64,000 bases of DNA from the human T2T-CHM13v2.0 reference genome, Homo sapiens. A program made the translations under genes and the position numbers. The stretch lies in the NCBI RefSeq assembly GCF_009914755.1, contig NC_060937.1. One strand, written 5' to 3'. Shown piece after piece: positions 14,652 to 26,496 of this stretch (within the stretch, counting starts at the first letter, position 1; every line of letters starts with the position of its first letter). The notes below the pieces were generated by a model, which ran no database searches, had not been told where the DNA came from, and saw only the letters and a list, made by a program, of their open reading frames with translations.

Positions 14652-15777
14652 TCAATATTTCATTTTTCTGTTTAAAAAATGTGAGGTTCTAAAAGATCAA
14701 GTGACACTTTAAAAAAACACAATCAGTTAACATATGATTTTTAGGCTAGACCTAGATGCTCAGGCCTGAATAGCAAAGCCCGCTATGTAACATCCAAGGT
14801 TCCATAAGCTTTCCCGACAGAGTTCCTAATGTTAGGATGCATAATGTTCGGATGCATAATATACAGATTTTAAATTAATTTGAAAAGTAGTGCTGATTGA
14901 TACTCAGTAATCCCTTCTGTTCCAGACTTACAGTATTATTAATGCCATTGTCTAGAGTATTTTGTGAGAGGCTATTCCAACTGAACCATATCTTCCCTAA
15001 CAGTTACAGAGAAATAGACAGATTTCCTCTCTATCGAAGCACAAGTTTATTTACACAGCAACTGTAGTTTGTGTAGTAATGTTGGAGACATTACTTGGTG
15101 CTGCTGTACCACCCGAGAGGGTACCTTAGAGGAAGCACTCTAGGTGTCAATGACAGTGAAGAAGTAGCTGACAGGTGGTAGAAAGTGAGCAGCACCTGGA
15201 GTCATACAAAAAATTTACCGATTATTGGCAATTAACTTAGCATCACAATGTCAAACAATCACCCTGTAAAAGGAGAATATCCATACCTCACTCAAAGTGT
15301 TATAGTGAAAATTAAATAGAATGAATATGCCAGTGCTCTATTTTTGAAACATTCATTAGAGATTGCGCTCTGGTGAAAATTGTAAATGGCTGTATACTTC
15401 ATAAGAGTTGTCAGTGACAATCATGAGAACAGTAAGCTGATTAACAAGACAAAGTTGACATTTTGCTTTCTAGAAGATAAAACTTCTGATTGTGTGAACT
15501 CCAAAAAAAATTAACTCAAACAAAAATACAGAAAACTGCCAAATTTTTTTAAAAAAACCCTTGAGGTCATAGGGAGACAATTTTTTAAAAATTGTACTTT
15601 TCATGACAGGCCTCATTTTTAGGGAAAAACAAGTAGTTTTCAAAATAAATAAGCTTTTGTTTTTGTAGAATATGGGCTTATTTTATGAACTTATCACTAA
15701 TTTGTAATTTTCTTAAAATGTTGACTATATAACGGTGATGAAAGATGTTTTCATTCTTTCATTAAAGTTGCCATTTT

Positions 15778-16092
15778 TGTTGGGCGCCGTGGCTCACACC
15801 TGTAATCCCAGAACTTTAGCAGGCCAAGGTGGGCAGATCACCTGAGATCAGAAGTTTGAGACCAGCCTAGCCAACATGGTAAAAGCCCATCTCTATGAAA
15901 AATTAAAAAAAAAAAAAAAATTAGCCAGGCGTGGTGGCAGGCGCCTGTAATCCCAGTTACTCAGGAGGCTGAGGCAGGAGCAGCATCGCTTTAACCCAGA
16001 GGCGGAGGTTGCTGTGAGCCGAGATGGTGCCGCCGCACTCTAGCCTGGGTGACAAGAGGGAGGGTCAGAATCAAAACAAAAATAAACAAAAA
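15778..16092 (+). mobile_element. AluS (Sx/Sq-like)
   Basis: GATCACCTGAGATCAGAAGTTTGAGACC, dimer; TSD core TTGCCATTTT on both sides. Confidence 0.95.
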
Positions 16093-16408
16093 TATTGCCA
16101 TTTTCTTTACCTGTGATTTACATGAAATTTTCTAATTCTGTTTTCTGATTAGTCACATGTTTAAATGGAGTGTGTTTAAAAATTCATTATATATGTACAA
16201 ACCATGTTAAATGTTTTCCAAAGTCAGGACTTGTATTTAATTGATAAATCAGCATAAACTTTGAAAATTTTAACACTTAGAATTTAGAATAGGATTGCCT
16301 ATGACATTGCAAGAACATATTATCATCTTCCTAATGCTCAGATAATAATTCTCTTATTATTCTTACTAACAACCTTTTCATTCTTCCAATCACACAGGTT
16401 TTGAAGCC

Positions 16409-16788
16409 TGTATTAGTTCGTTCTTGCACTGCTGTAAAGACATACCTGAGACTGGGAAATTTATAAAGAAAAGAAGCTTACTTGGCTTATGGTTTCACAG
16501 GTCGTACAGGTAGCATGGCTGGGGAGGCCTCAGGAAACTTTCAATAATGGCGGAAGGCAAAGGGAAAGCAGCGCACCTTTACATGGCTGGAGCAGGAGAG
16601 AGAGAGAAGGGGGAGGTGCTACGCACTTTTAACAACCAGGTCTTGTGAGAACTCACCCACTATCATGAGAACGGCAAGGGGAAAATCTGCCCCCATGATC
16701 CATTTACCTCCCACCAGGCCCCTCCTCCAACACTGGGGATTACAAGTGAATATGGATTTGGGTGGGGACACAAATCCAAACCATATCA
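16409..16788 (-). mobile_element. MaLR solo LTR (MSTA-like)
   Basis: TGTATTAG...CAAACCATATCA ends; perfect 5-bp TSD AAGCC at 16404-16408 and 16789-16793. Confidence 0.92.
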
Positions 16789-16939
16789 AAGCCTCATCTA
16801 TGATTCTATCCCACTGCCTCTTCCCTTGCCATATTACCAGGGATCACATCCTTTCTATTCTTCATTCAACCAACATTTACTATTGTAGAAACTGAGGCCC
16901 CAGGATGTTATTATGATATAGTATTTAGGAAGAGATAGT

Positions 16940-17500
16940 ATCATGTTTGAGGATTCTTCTCCATTCTGACCAGTGAGGTCTGGTCTCCATATCTCTAATC
17001 CAGACTGCTCATCTTCTTCATCTGTCTACTCTGGTCTATTCCACATGTCATTACCAAAGTATCACCCTAAAGCGCATTTATGGTCATAGTCAAACATCAT
17101 GAAAGGACTCCTCCCATTTACTAAATAAATCCATGTGTGTAAGCATAGAATTCAAAGACTTCCATGACCTGGTCTCAATATACCTCTGCAATTCTTATTC
17201 TATCTTTTTCATAATATATCTTTATCCTTTGTGCAACCTGACAACTTGACATTGCCTATACTTTCCCATCTCTGAGATACTATTCCCTTCACATGAAATG
17301 TTCTTCTACTTCATATTGAGCTGTCAAAATGCTAACAAGACTTTAGGGTAAGCTCAGAGCCTTATTTGAATTCCCAATTATATTCTCACATTTCCTTGGA
17401 ACTTTTTGTTACACTTTTGTGTATCTCTCACTGCAATGAATAACTTCTGTTTTTAATTGTACTTACATGCGCCCCTGTTATATTCTATTATCTGGCACCT
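16940..17500 (+). mobile_element. L2 fragment(s)
   Basis: AGCATAGAATTCAAAGACTTCCATGACCTGG and similar L2 motifs; approximate. Confidence 0.5.
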
Positions 17501-17904
17501 CAAAGAGAATTAAAGTCCTGAGTATTTTAATGTTCCATTCATTCACACTACGTATATAGCTATAAGTTTCTTCATCAACTTTTCAACAGGATTTCTTTTC
17601 CTTCAAATTAGTCCTACCAAGTCTTGGGTTAGATTGCCCCCTTTCCTCGCCTTTCTTTGTGTATTTGTAATATATTGCACATTGAAACAGAAAATGAGCA
17701 CAGCTGAGAAATCATTCTATAAGAAATGCTGCTTATCCACTCTCAGTGTCTGAAGAATACATCTTTAAAAAGAAAACAGAAATAATATGTAATAGCATAC
17801 TGAAATGCATGGGATACATTTCAGATGGGAACTGGGCAACAAACAAATGCTTGCATAGAGTTTAAACTGAAAAATCGTAACTGCAAATGAGAAATAGGTC
17901 ATGA

Positions 17905-18231
<327 letters not shown>

Positions 18232-20082
18232 CATATATACATTTTAAGACTGAAATAAGAAAGTTCAGAAAACTTCAGCCTACATAAGAAGTATATCTAG
18301 ACAGACAGGTAAGTGTTGGAAGACACTGATCATGGCCTGAGTCTTAAAGGAGATTGGCAGAGATCCCAGGACACCTCAGCTTTACCCTGCCTGCTTACTA
18401 CCTCCCTCATGTGCACAAACCAAAGCGTGTCAAAACTTTCACTATTTCAAATATTAATTTAAGTATAATTATGTACATCAATTACAAAAAATTGATAACC
18501 ATCACTGAGAGTAGGTTTTAGGGTAATTTTCACTCTCCACTTTTCAGGGCATCAGAGAAAGTGATAACTAGGAATAACTTAGGGAAATCTCTGACCTGGT
18601 ACTCATCAAGATTTTCTTCTCCTGTCTTTGAATATGTGTGATGTGCGGGTCCCATTCTGTGCCTCTCATCAGTCTACAATTCACATTAATTTGTAGCAAA
18701 TCTTGTGTGAGCGCAGAGAATTCACACATCTTCTCTGTGTTTAACATAAGTCAGAATCAAAAGAAGCTTCTCATTAATCTACGGCTCATAAGAGTTGGTT
18801 CTATGCCTGTTTACTTATGCAAAAATCCATGAAAATACAGGAAATGATTCCTTTGACCCAAAAAGTAGTGTGTGTGTGAGGGGATGGGGAGATTACATGA
18901 TTAGAAGAGTTTCATATATTAAGATTTTGTTGAAAAACAACTTTTATTCCAGATGCCACCTGGGAAAATATCCCTCATGTGACTAAAAGTCCTTTATCCT
19001 ATGGCTACAGCCTGTGACTCGTGAGTAAATGAGTAAATCCAGGGGATGCAGCTGTGGATTAAATTATCTGTTTGCTACCGCTTGGTCTTTTGCTGTTTGT
19101 TCCAGCAGGATAACCTAGGAGGATGTGTAACTAACTGTTCTATGTGTTGATACAGCCCCTTCAAGTATCCATGCCTACGTGAGAAAATCCTTTCCTTTGC
19201 AACTGCTAAATGCAACTGCAACTTTTGGATGGGAGTGATACATGTGGACAGCAAAGATGAAAAGAACTTCACCAAATAGTGTTTCTCATTACTTTGAAAA
19301 ATGTCGGCCATGTACAGCATGCAAGAAGAAACAGTGAAGAATGTTAACATGCTCAGCATGGGAAACCGAGTCATAGCTTTACATCTTCACTTGATTATTT
19401 CCAACATTATTTTACACCCTTCTGATCAAAGACTTCAATTATCTCAATTTTTCAGAGCATTTTTGGCACTGGAACATCATTAAACAAGTTCTTGGAACAG
19501 TACTTTGCCCTATTATTAGTTTGACCTACTACCTTTCTTATATTAAGCTCCTCACAAATGGACTATAGAATAAGAAAATAAAGGTTTTCTACCAATCCTA
19601 GTTAATTGCTGATATTAGATATTAGTTAACTGTGTGCTTCCTTAAGTATGTTTTAAGGAGTCATAAACAGAACCTCTGTATTAAATATATTTTTACATTT
19701 CAACTGATTCTTGGCATTTATGTCATTCATGTTGTTTTTCTCGACATTTATACCATTTAATCAGTCAGAAAAAAAGTAGTGGGTGGTTAATAAGTTATTT
19801 ACAGGAAAAGTGAGGCATATAAGAATTAATGAAAGACACTTAACTGACATCACCAAAGAGAACCTGACAAAACTTAAACACTCAAATAGTTTTAATAGTC
19901 ATCAACTTCATACAATGTTATACTTTATCATTCAATAAATGTAATGAATTTTGTACTTTTTAATGTTTAAAACTTTCTAGTGGAAACTAACCAAGAAATT
20001 TGAGGCCATATTTCATCTTGTGCTACTTATTTTTAAAAATCTATTTTGTGCAATAAATCTGACCACTTCAGTAGCAGTTGGC

Positions 20083-20214
20083 TAAAAAGACCACAGAATT
20101 TGTCATCCAAACCGGACACTATTGAGAGTCTAAGAGGATACCATTAATATTATGTTGGGATAACCAGTGTAAAATCAAATTTTCCCAGGAAAGCTACAAC
20201 TTATGGACATCCTA
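20083..20214. mobile_element. MER94 (hAT-Blackjack MITE)
   Basis: GACCACAGAATTTGTCATCCAAACCGGACACTATTGAGAGT...TATGGACATCCTA matches the recalled MER94 consensus. Confidence 0.7.
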
Positions 20215-20365
20215 AAGTTACGCCAACTAAGCAGACGTAGAGAAAGATCAGATTTCTTCTCCTCTTTGAAGATATTTTTCGTCTTTTTCTCTCCCCCTTT
20301 GAGTTCTTATAGAGGAAAAAGCCATAAGAAAAGAAAGAAATAGAATAAGGTTTAGAGACTAAGTA

Positions 20366-21566
20366 CAGTCATAATGAGATTTTAGTCAATGACAGACCAC
20401 ATCACATATACAACTGTGGTCGCCTATGATGATAATGGACCTAAAAAATTCCCTGGCCTAGTGATGTCATGGTTGTCAGAATATCATGGTGTGTCATATT
20501 ACTCACGTGTTTGTGGTGATGCTGGTATAAACAAACCGACTGTGCTGCCAGTCACATAAAATTGTAGCACATATAATTTTGTACAGTATGTAATACTTGA
20601 TAATGATAATAAACCATTATGTTACTGGTTTATACATTTACTATACTACACTTATTATTTTAGAGTGTAATCCTTCTACTTATTAAAAAAAAACTAACAG
20701 TGAAAGAGCCTCAGGCAGGTCCTTCAGGAGGTATCCAGAAGAAGGCATTGTTATCATAGGAGATGACAGCTCCATTATGTATTATTGTCTCTGAAGACCA
20801 TCCAGTGGGACAAGATGCAGCTCTGGAAGACAATGATATTGATGATCCTGACTCTATGTAGGCTTAGGCAAATGTATGTGTTTGTGTCTTTGTTTTTAAC
20901 AAAAACGTTTAAAAAGTAAAAAAATGAAAATTAAAAAAAATTCAAATGGGTAAAAGCTCATAGTATAAGGCTACGAAGAAAGAACACATATTTGAACAGC
21001 TGTACAATATATGCTAAATGTTATTACAAAAAAGTCAAAAAGAAATTTAAAAGTTTATAAAGTAAAATAGTTAGAGCAAGCTTAGCTTATTATTAAAGAA
21101 AAATTATTTGTTTATAAATTTAGTGGTGGCCTAAGTGTATAGCGTTTATAAAGCCTGCCATAGTGTATGGTAATGTTCTAGGCCTTCACATTCACTCACC
21201 ACTCACTCACTCACTGACTCGCCCAGAACAACACCCAGTTCTGCAAGCTCCATTCATGGTAAGTGCCCCATACATGTGCACCATTTTTTATCTTGTACAC
21301 CATGTTTTTACTGTACCTTTTCTATGTTTGGATATGTTTAGATAGTACAAACGTCATTGTGTTACAAATGTCCACAGTATTCAGTACATTTACATGATAT
21401 AGATTTGTAACCTAGGAACAGTATGCTATACCATATAGCCTAGGTGTGTAGTAGGTGATATCATTTAAGTTTGTGTAAGTATGGCCTATGATGTTTGCAC
21501 AACTACGAAATCACCTAAAGATGCATTTCTCAGAACACATTGCCATTGATAAGTGAAGCATGACTG
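20366..21566. mobile_element. Tigger3b-like (MER7B/Golem) non-autonomous DNA transposon, full length
   Basis: TA-CAGTCAT...ATGACTG-TA (TIR ends, TA TSD); internal CTCACGTGTTTGTGGTGATGCTGG and GCAGGTCCTTCAGGAGGTATCCAGAAGAAGGC; about 1.2 kb. Confidence 0.9.
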
Positions 21567-21718
21567 TAATTTAGATTCAAATTTGGGCTCTTCCAGATAG
21601 TACCTGAGTGATATTTCTCATGTTATCTCTGTTTTCATTTCCATTTTGAATGACAGTGTCTTGTCCATATTGCCATGTATTGAAATCATTTAATATACCA
21701 AACTCTAATACTGTTGAT

Positions 21719-21944
21719 CAGAGCTGTACAATACATTAGCCATTAGCTACTTGTGGCTTTTTTTTTAACCTGTGGCTTTTTCTATGTAAATCTGGAATAA
21801 CTAGTATTAAAAAAACATAAAATTCAATTGCTCAGTCACTCTAGCTACATTTAAGTGTTGAATAGCCACATGTAGCTACTGGTGACTACAGTAGAATACA
21901 GATTAGATTTCCATCATTGCAAAATGTTCTTTTGGACAACACTT
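21719..21944 (-). mobile_element. MER3 (hAT-Charlie)
   Basis: CAGAGCTGTACAAT...AGCCACATGTAGCTA...CCATCATTGCAAAATGTTCTTTTGGACAACAC. Confidence 0.8.
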
Positions 21945-21959
21945 GGAGGGTCAAAATCA

Positions 21960-22580
21960 TTATTTCTTGCTTAGACACTTTCAAATCTTCCTAAAATGTC
22001 AATGTATATTCACTTTGGCATTCCTGAACCTGTTCTCCATTCAGCAGCCAGAGCAATTCTCTCCAAAGGCAAACTTTGCCAATTTACTTACCTATTTAAA
22101 ACCATTTAATGGTGCCCTGTGGCTCCAGCCCTCCCTGTATGGTCTCCCTGCTTCTTTCATCCCAACGTTATTAAACTATGCTTGCTCCTGCTTTCTGTTT
22201 CCAGCCACCTTGATCTTGTTATTCCCCTTGCATTTGCTTCCTTCCTCCATGGGTCCTTCGACTGTATCATTTTCACTGCCTTGATTGCTCTTTCTGTTAT
22301 TCATCACATATGTCCTCCTACAGATCAGCTCAAGTGTCACTTCCCAGGGGAATCTCCCCAAGCTTCTCTGAAAGATTAAATCTTCCATGATAACTCTAAA
22401 ACACCATATAATTTCCCTTCAAATGGCAAACACGTTTTTATTTGTTTATCTTCCTCAAAATCTGTCTTTGTGGCAGGCAAATAGTGATAATAAATGAGTG
22501 AATGTTTGTTTTTCATTACATTTGAATTTCTACCACAGTGGCTTCTGCAGAATTGGCATTCATGGAACAAAAGAATGAGT
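21960..22580 (+). mobile_element. L2 3' region
   Basis: CAGCAGCCAGAG...CAGATCAGCTCAAGTGTCACTTCC L2a-like motifs; approximate. Confidence 0.6.
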
Positions 22581-22965
22581 CCAATCCTTGAGTAGGCTCT
22601 ATCAGCATCACTATGAAAAACTATAGCACCTGATAACAGAAGCTAACTCTGTCAGAACACTGGGATCAATCTCCAGAGGTCATCGATCTCACCCCTTGCC
22701 CCAATGACTCATGTTGCTTCTCTTTATTTAAGCTAGAATCCATTAATAGAATAATTATATATGTAAATATAAAATGGAAATCTGAGTTCCAGCTTCAATA
22801 ATTTTAATAATTAATATATCAATTATTACCTCACAGTACTTGCTGTAGGAAGGTTGTGAGATGTCCATCCTTTGAGATTTAAATATAGTTCAGTCCAGAA
22901 GAAAAAGTCCTTTTTTTTGTTTTTTTATTCTGCTACCAAAAGAAATTTTTTTGTTTGTTTGGTTT

Positions 22966-23365
22966 TTTCATGCGCGTTCCTGTGAAGAGACCAGCAAACA
23001 GGGTTTGTGTGAGCAACAAGGCTGTTTATTTCACCTGGGTGCAGGCGGGCTGAGTCCGAAAAGAGAGTCAGCCAAGGGAGATAGGGGTGGGGCCATTTTA
23101 TAAGATTTGGGTAGGTAAAGGAAAATTACAGTCAAAGGAGGGGCAGGTGTGGGGGTCACAAGGCGCTCAGTAGGGGAGCTTTTGAGCCAGGATGAACCAG
23201 GAGAAGGAATTTCACAAGATAATGTCATCAGTTAAGGCAGGAACAGGCCATTTTCACTTCTTTTGTGGTGGAATGTCATCAGTTAAGGCAGGAACTGGCC
23301 ATCTGGATGTGTACGTGCAGGTCACAGGGGATATGATGGCTTAGCTTGGGCTCAGAGGCCTGACA
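22966..23365 (-). promoter_or_regulatory. 3' LTR7
   Basis: Minus strand TGTCAGGCCTCTGAGCCCAAGCTAAGCC...GCGCATGAAA; intact TATAAAA and CCCCACCCC box; two U3 repeats CCTGCCTTAACTGATGACATT. Confidence 0.98.
23025..23030 (-). terminator. Proviral polyadenylation signal AATAAA in the 3' LTR
   Basis: Minus strand GGTGAAATAAACAGCC. Confidence 0.85.
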
Positions 23366-23378
23366 TTCCTGTCTTCTT
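23366..23378 (-). other. Polypurine tract
   Basis: Minus strand AAGAAGACAGGAA immediately before the TGTCA of the 3' LTR. Confidence 0.9.
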
Positions 23379-23949
23379 ATATTAATAAGAAAAATAAAAC
23401 GAAATAGTGGTAAAATGTTGTGACGGCAAAAATTTTTGGGGGTGGTATGGAGAGATAATGGGCCATGTTTCTCAGGGCTGCTTCGAGCGGGATTATGGGC
23501 AGTGTGGAAACTTAGAGTGGGAGAGATTAAGCTGAAGGAAGATTTTGTGGTAAGGGGTGATATTGTGGGGTTGTTAGAAGAAACATTTGTCATTTAGAAT
23601 TATTGGTGATGGCCTGGATATGGTTTTGTATGAATTGAAAAACTAAACGGAATAAAAGAAGGACAAAAACAGGTATTAAAGGTCTAAGAATTGGGAAGAC
23701 CTAGGACATCTATTTAGAGAGTGCCTAAGGAGATTCAGCACAGTCCTGCCAGCAAAGATTATTTATTTACTTTAAGAGTTAAGAGTGGCAGTTTGGGGAT
23801 AGCACCAGGAGATATCAGCTGTGATGGCTTGGAGAAACAGTGTAAACTGGCAGTGTAAACAAGAGCAGGGCATGTGTAAGTAGTTGAGAACAATGAATAG
23901 GAGTATGACTAGACAGAAGATAGTAGGGATGACAAGTTTTTTGGGGCAC

Positions 23950-24474
23950 AGTCCAAGTTGGTCTGGTGTCTGGAATGAGACTGGGGCCTAATAAAAAGTA
24001 GTGTCTATACAGGAGCTCAAATGGGCTGTACCCTGTAGCTTTCCGAGGACAGGCCTGAATTCTGAGAAGGGAAAGTGGTAAAAGTATTGTCCAGTCTTTT
24101 TTAAGTTGGTGGCTGAGCTTGGTGAGGTGTGTTTGTAAAAGACCATTAGTCTGTTCTACCTTTCCTGAAGACTGAGGACCGTAAGGGATATAAAGGTTTC
24201 ACTGAATACTAAGAGCCTGAAAAAATACTTGGCTGATTTGACTAATAAAGGCTGGTCTGCTATCGGACTGTATAGAGGTGGGAAGTCTAAACCGAGGAAT
24301 TATGTCTGACAGAAGGGAAGAAATGACAGCAGTGGCCTTCTCAGACCCTATAGGAAAGGCCTCTACCTATCCAGTGAAAGTGTCTACCTAGACTAAGAGG
24401 TATTTTAGTTTTCTGACTCGGGGCATGTGAATAAAGTCAATTTGCCAGTCCTGGGCAGGGGCAAATCCCCGAGC
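23950..24474 (-). pseudogene. pol: HERV-H integrase core remnant with in-frame stops
   Basis: ARGFAPAQDWQIDFIHMPRVRKLKYLLV*VDTFTG*VEAFP...IQSD...PQSSGKVEQTN when read through the stops. Confidence 0.9.
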
Positions 24475-24579
24475 AGGTGGGAGTGACCAATGTGAAGGAG
24501 AAAAATTGGCCATGAGGGACAGAAGTTGGAAAGCTAGCTGCTTGTTGAAGGACAGAAGTTGGAAAGCTAGCTGCTTGTC

Positions 24580-25320
24580 TAGCCACCTTATCAGCATAAG
24601 CGTTGCCTAGAGCAATGGGATCTGATGCCTTTTGATGGCCTTTGCAGTGAATGACTCCAGCTTCCTTTGGAAGTAAAGCAGCCTTGAGCAGAGTTTTTAT
24701 TAAGAGGCATTAATGATGAAGGACCCCTGCATAGTGAGGAAACTTCTTTCTGCCTATGTAACAGCATGGTGGTGCAGAATATGGAAGGCATATTTAGAGT
24801 CAGTATAAATATTGACACGTAGTCGTTTTGCAAGAGTGAGGGCCCGGGTTAAGTCAACTAGTTCGGCTTGCTGAGAGGTAGTGGAGAGGGGCAGAGCGGT
24901 AGCCTCAATGATAGATGTGGAAGATACTATAGCATAGCCTGCCTTTGCTGGTGAGTGGCGATTAGGCCTGGTGTAACTGCCATCAATAAACCAAATGTGA
25001 TCAGAGTGAGGAACAGGAAATAAGGAAATATGGGGAAATGGGGTGAATGTCAGGTGGATCAGAGAGATACAGTCATGAGGGTCAGATGTGGTATCCAGAA
25101 TAATGTGGGAGGCCGGATTGAAGCCCGTGCCAGGAACAATGGTAATTGTGGGAGACTCGACAGAGAGTGAGTATAGCTGAAGGAGCCGGGAAGCAGAAAG
25201 TATATGCATCAGGTATGAGGAAGAAAATAGATTTTGGAAGTTATAAGAACTGTAGAGAGTGACTTGAGCATAGTTTGTGATTTTTAGGGACTCTAAAAGT
25301 ATTAAAGCAGCAGCAGCCAC
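24580..25320 (-). pseudogene. pol: HERV-H pol tether/RNase H remnant
   Basis: ORF 24754-25320 contains WFIDGS, QQAEL and NIYTDSKYAF (RNase H motifs). Confidence 0.92.
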
Positions 25321-25329
25321 TGCACACAG

Positions 25330-26069
25330 ACATGAGGGCTAGGCTAAAACAGTAAGGTCAAGTTGTTTGGACAGAAAGGCTACAGGGTGTGGTCCTGGCT
25401 CTTGTGTAAGAATTCTGACCGCACTAACCATGCCTAGGAAGGAAAGGAGTTGTTGTTTTGTAGAAGGGATTGAGGTTTGGGAGATCAGTCGAACACGATC
25501 AGCAGGGAGAGCACGTGTGTTTTTATGAGAATTATCCCGAGATAGGTAACAGATGAGGATGAAATTTGGGCTTGACTGAAGTAATGGGGGCTGTCTGTGA
25601 AGCCTTGTGGTAGTACAGCCCAGGTGATTTGCTGAGCCTGATGGGTGTCAGGGTCAGTCCAAGTGAAAGTGAAGAGAGGCTGGGATGAAGGGTGCAAAGG
25701 AATAGTAACGAAAGAATGTTTGAGATCCAGAACAGAATAATGGGTTGTGGAGGGAGGTATTGAGGATAGGAGTGTATATGGGTTTGGCACCATGGGGTGG
25801 ATAGGCAAAACAATTTGGTTGACAAGGCGCAGATCCTGAACTAACTTGTAAGGCTTGTCTGGTTTTAGGACAGGTAAAATGGGGGAATTGTAAGGAGAGC
25901 TTATAGGCTCTAAAAGGCCATGCTGTAGCAGGCGAGTGATAACAGGCTTTAATCTTTTTAAAGCGAGCTGTGGGATGGGATATTGGCCTTGAGCGGGGTA
26001 AGGGTGATTAGGTTTTAATGAGATGGTAAGGGGTGCATGATCGTTTGCCAAGGAGGGAGTAGAGGTATC
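25330..26069 (-). pseudogene. pol: HERV-H reverse transcriptase remnant lacking the YxDD segment
   Basis: PYNSPILPV, VQDLR, YSVLDLK and WAVLPQGFTDSP, then jumps to AQISSSSVTYLG with no YxDD (junction near 25570). Confidence 0.93.
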
Positions 26070-26496
26070 CTATACTTGTGGGTTAAGGTGGGGGGATACA
26101 AGAGGAGGACGCAAAGGAGGCTTTGGATTGGGAAGAAGGGCGGCAATGAGATATAGCTGTAGCCCAGGAATAGTCAGGGCAGCAGATAATTTAGTTAAAG
26201 TGTCTCGGCCTAATAAGGGAACTGGGCAGGTGGGGATGACTAAAAAGGAGGGCTTAAAAAAGTATTGTCTAAGTTGGCACCAGAGTTGGGGAGTTTTAAG
26301 AGGTTTAGAAGCCTGGCCATCAATACCCACAACAGTTATGGAGGCAAGGGAAACAGGCCCTTGAAAAGAAAGTAATGTGTAGTGGGTAGCCTCCGTATTG
26401 ATTAAGAAGGGGACAGGACTTACCCTCCACTGTGAGAGTTACTCGAAGCTCGGCATCCGTGATGGTCTAGGGGGCTTCCAAGGCGATTGGGCAGTG
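26070..26496 (-). pseudogene. pro: HERV-H protease remnant
   Basis: Degenerate active site LINTEAT (for LxDTGA) near 26385-26405 and CPVPLLGRD motif in ORF 26070-26330. Confidence 0.88.

Noticed and set aside
23379-23950. Possible env gene
   Set aside because: Only about 0.55 kb lies between integrase and the PPT, with no SU/TM ORF; env is deleted.
24754-26051. Two 188-aa pol ORFs as functional enzymes
   Set aside because: RT lacks YxDD, RNase H is cut by a stop/frameshift, and there is no continuous gag-pol frame.
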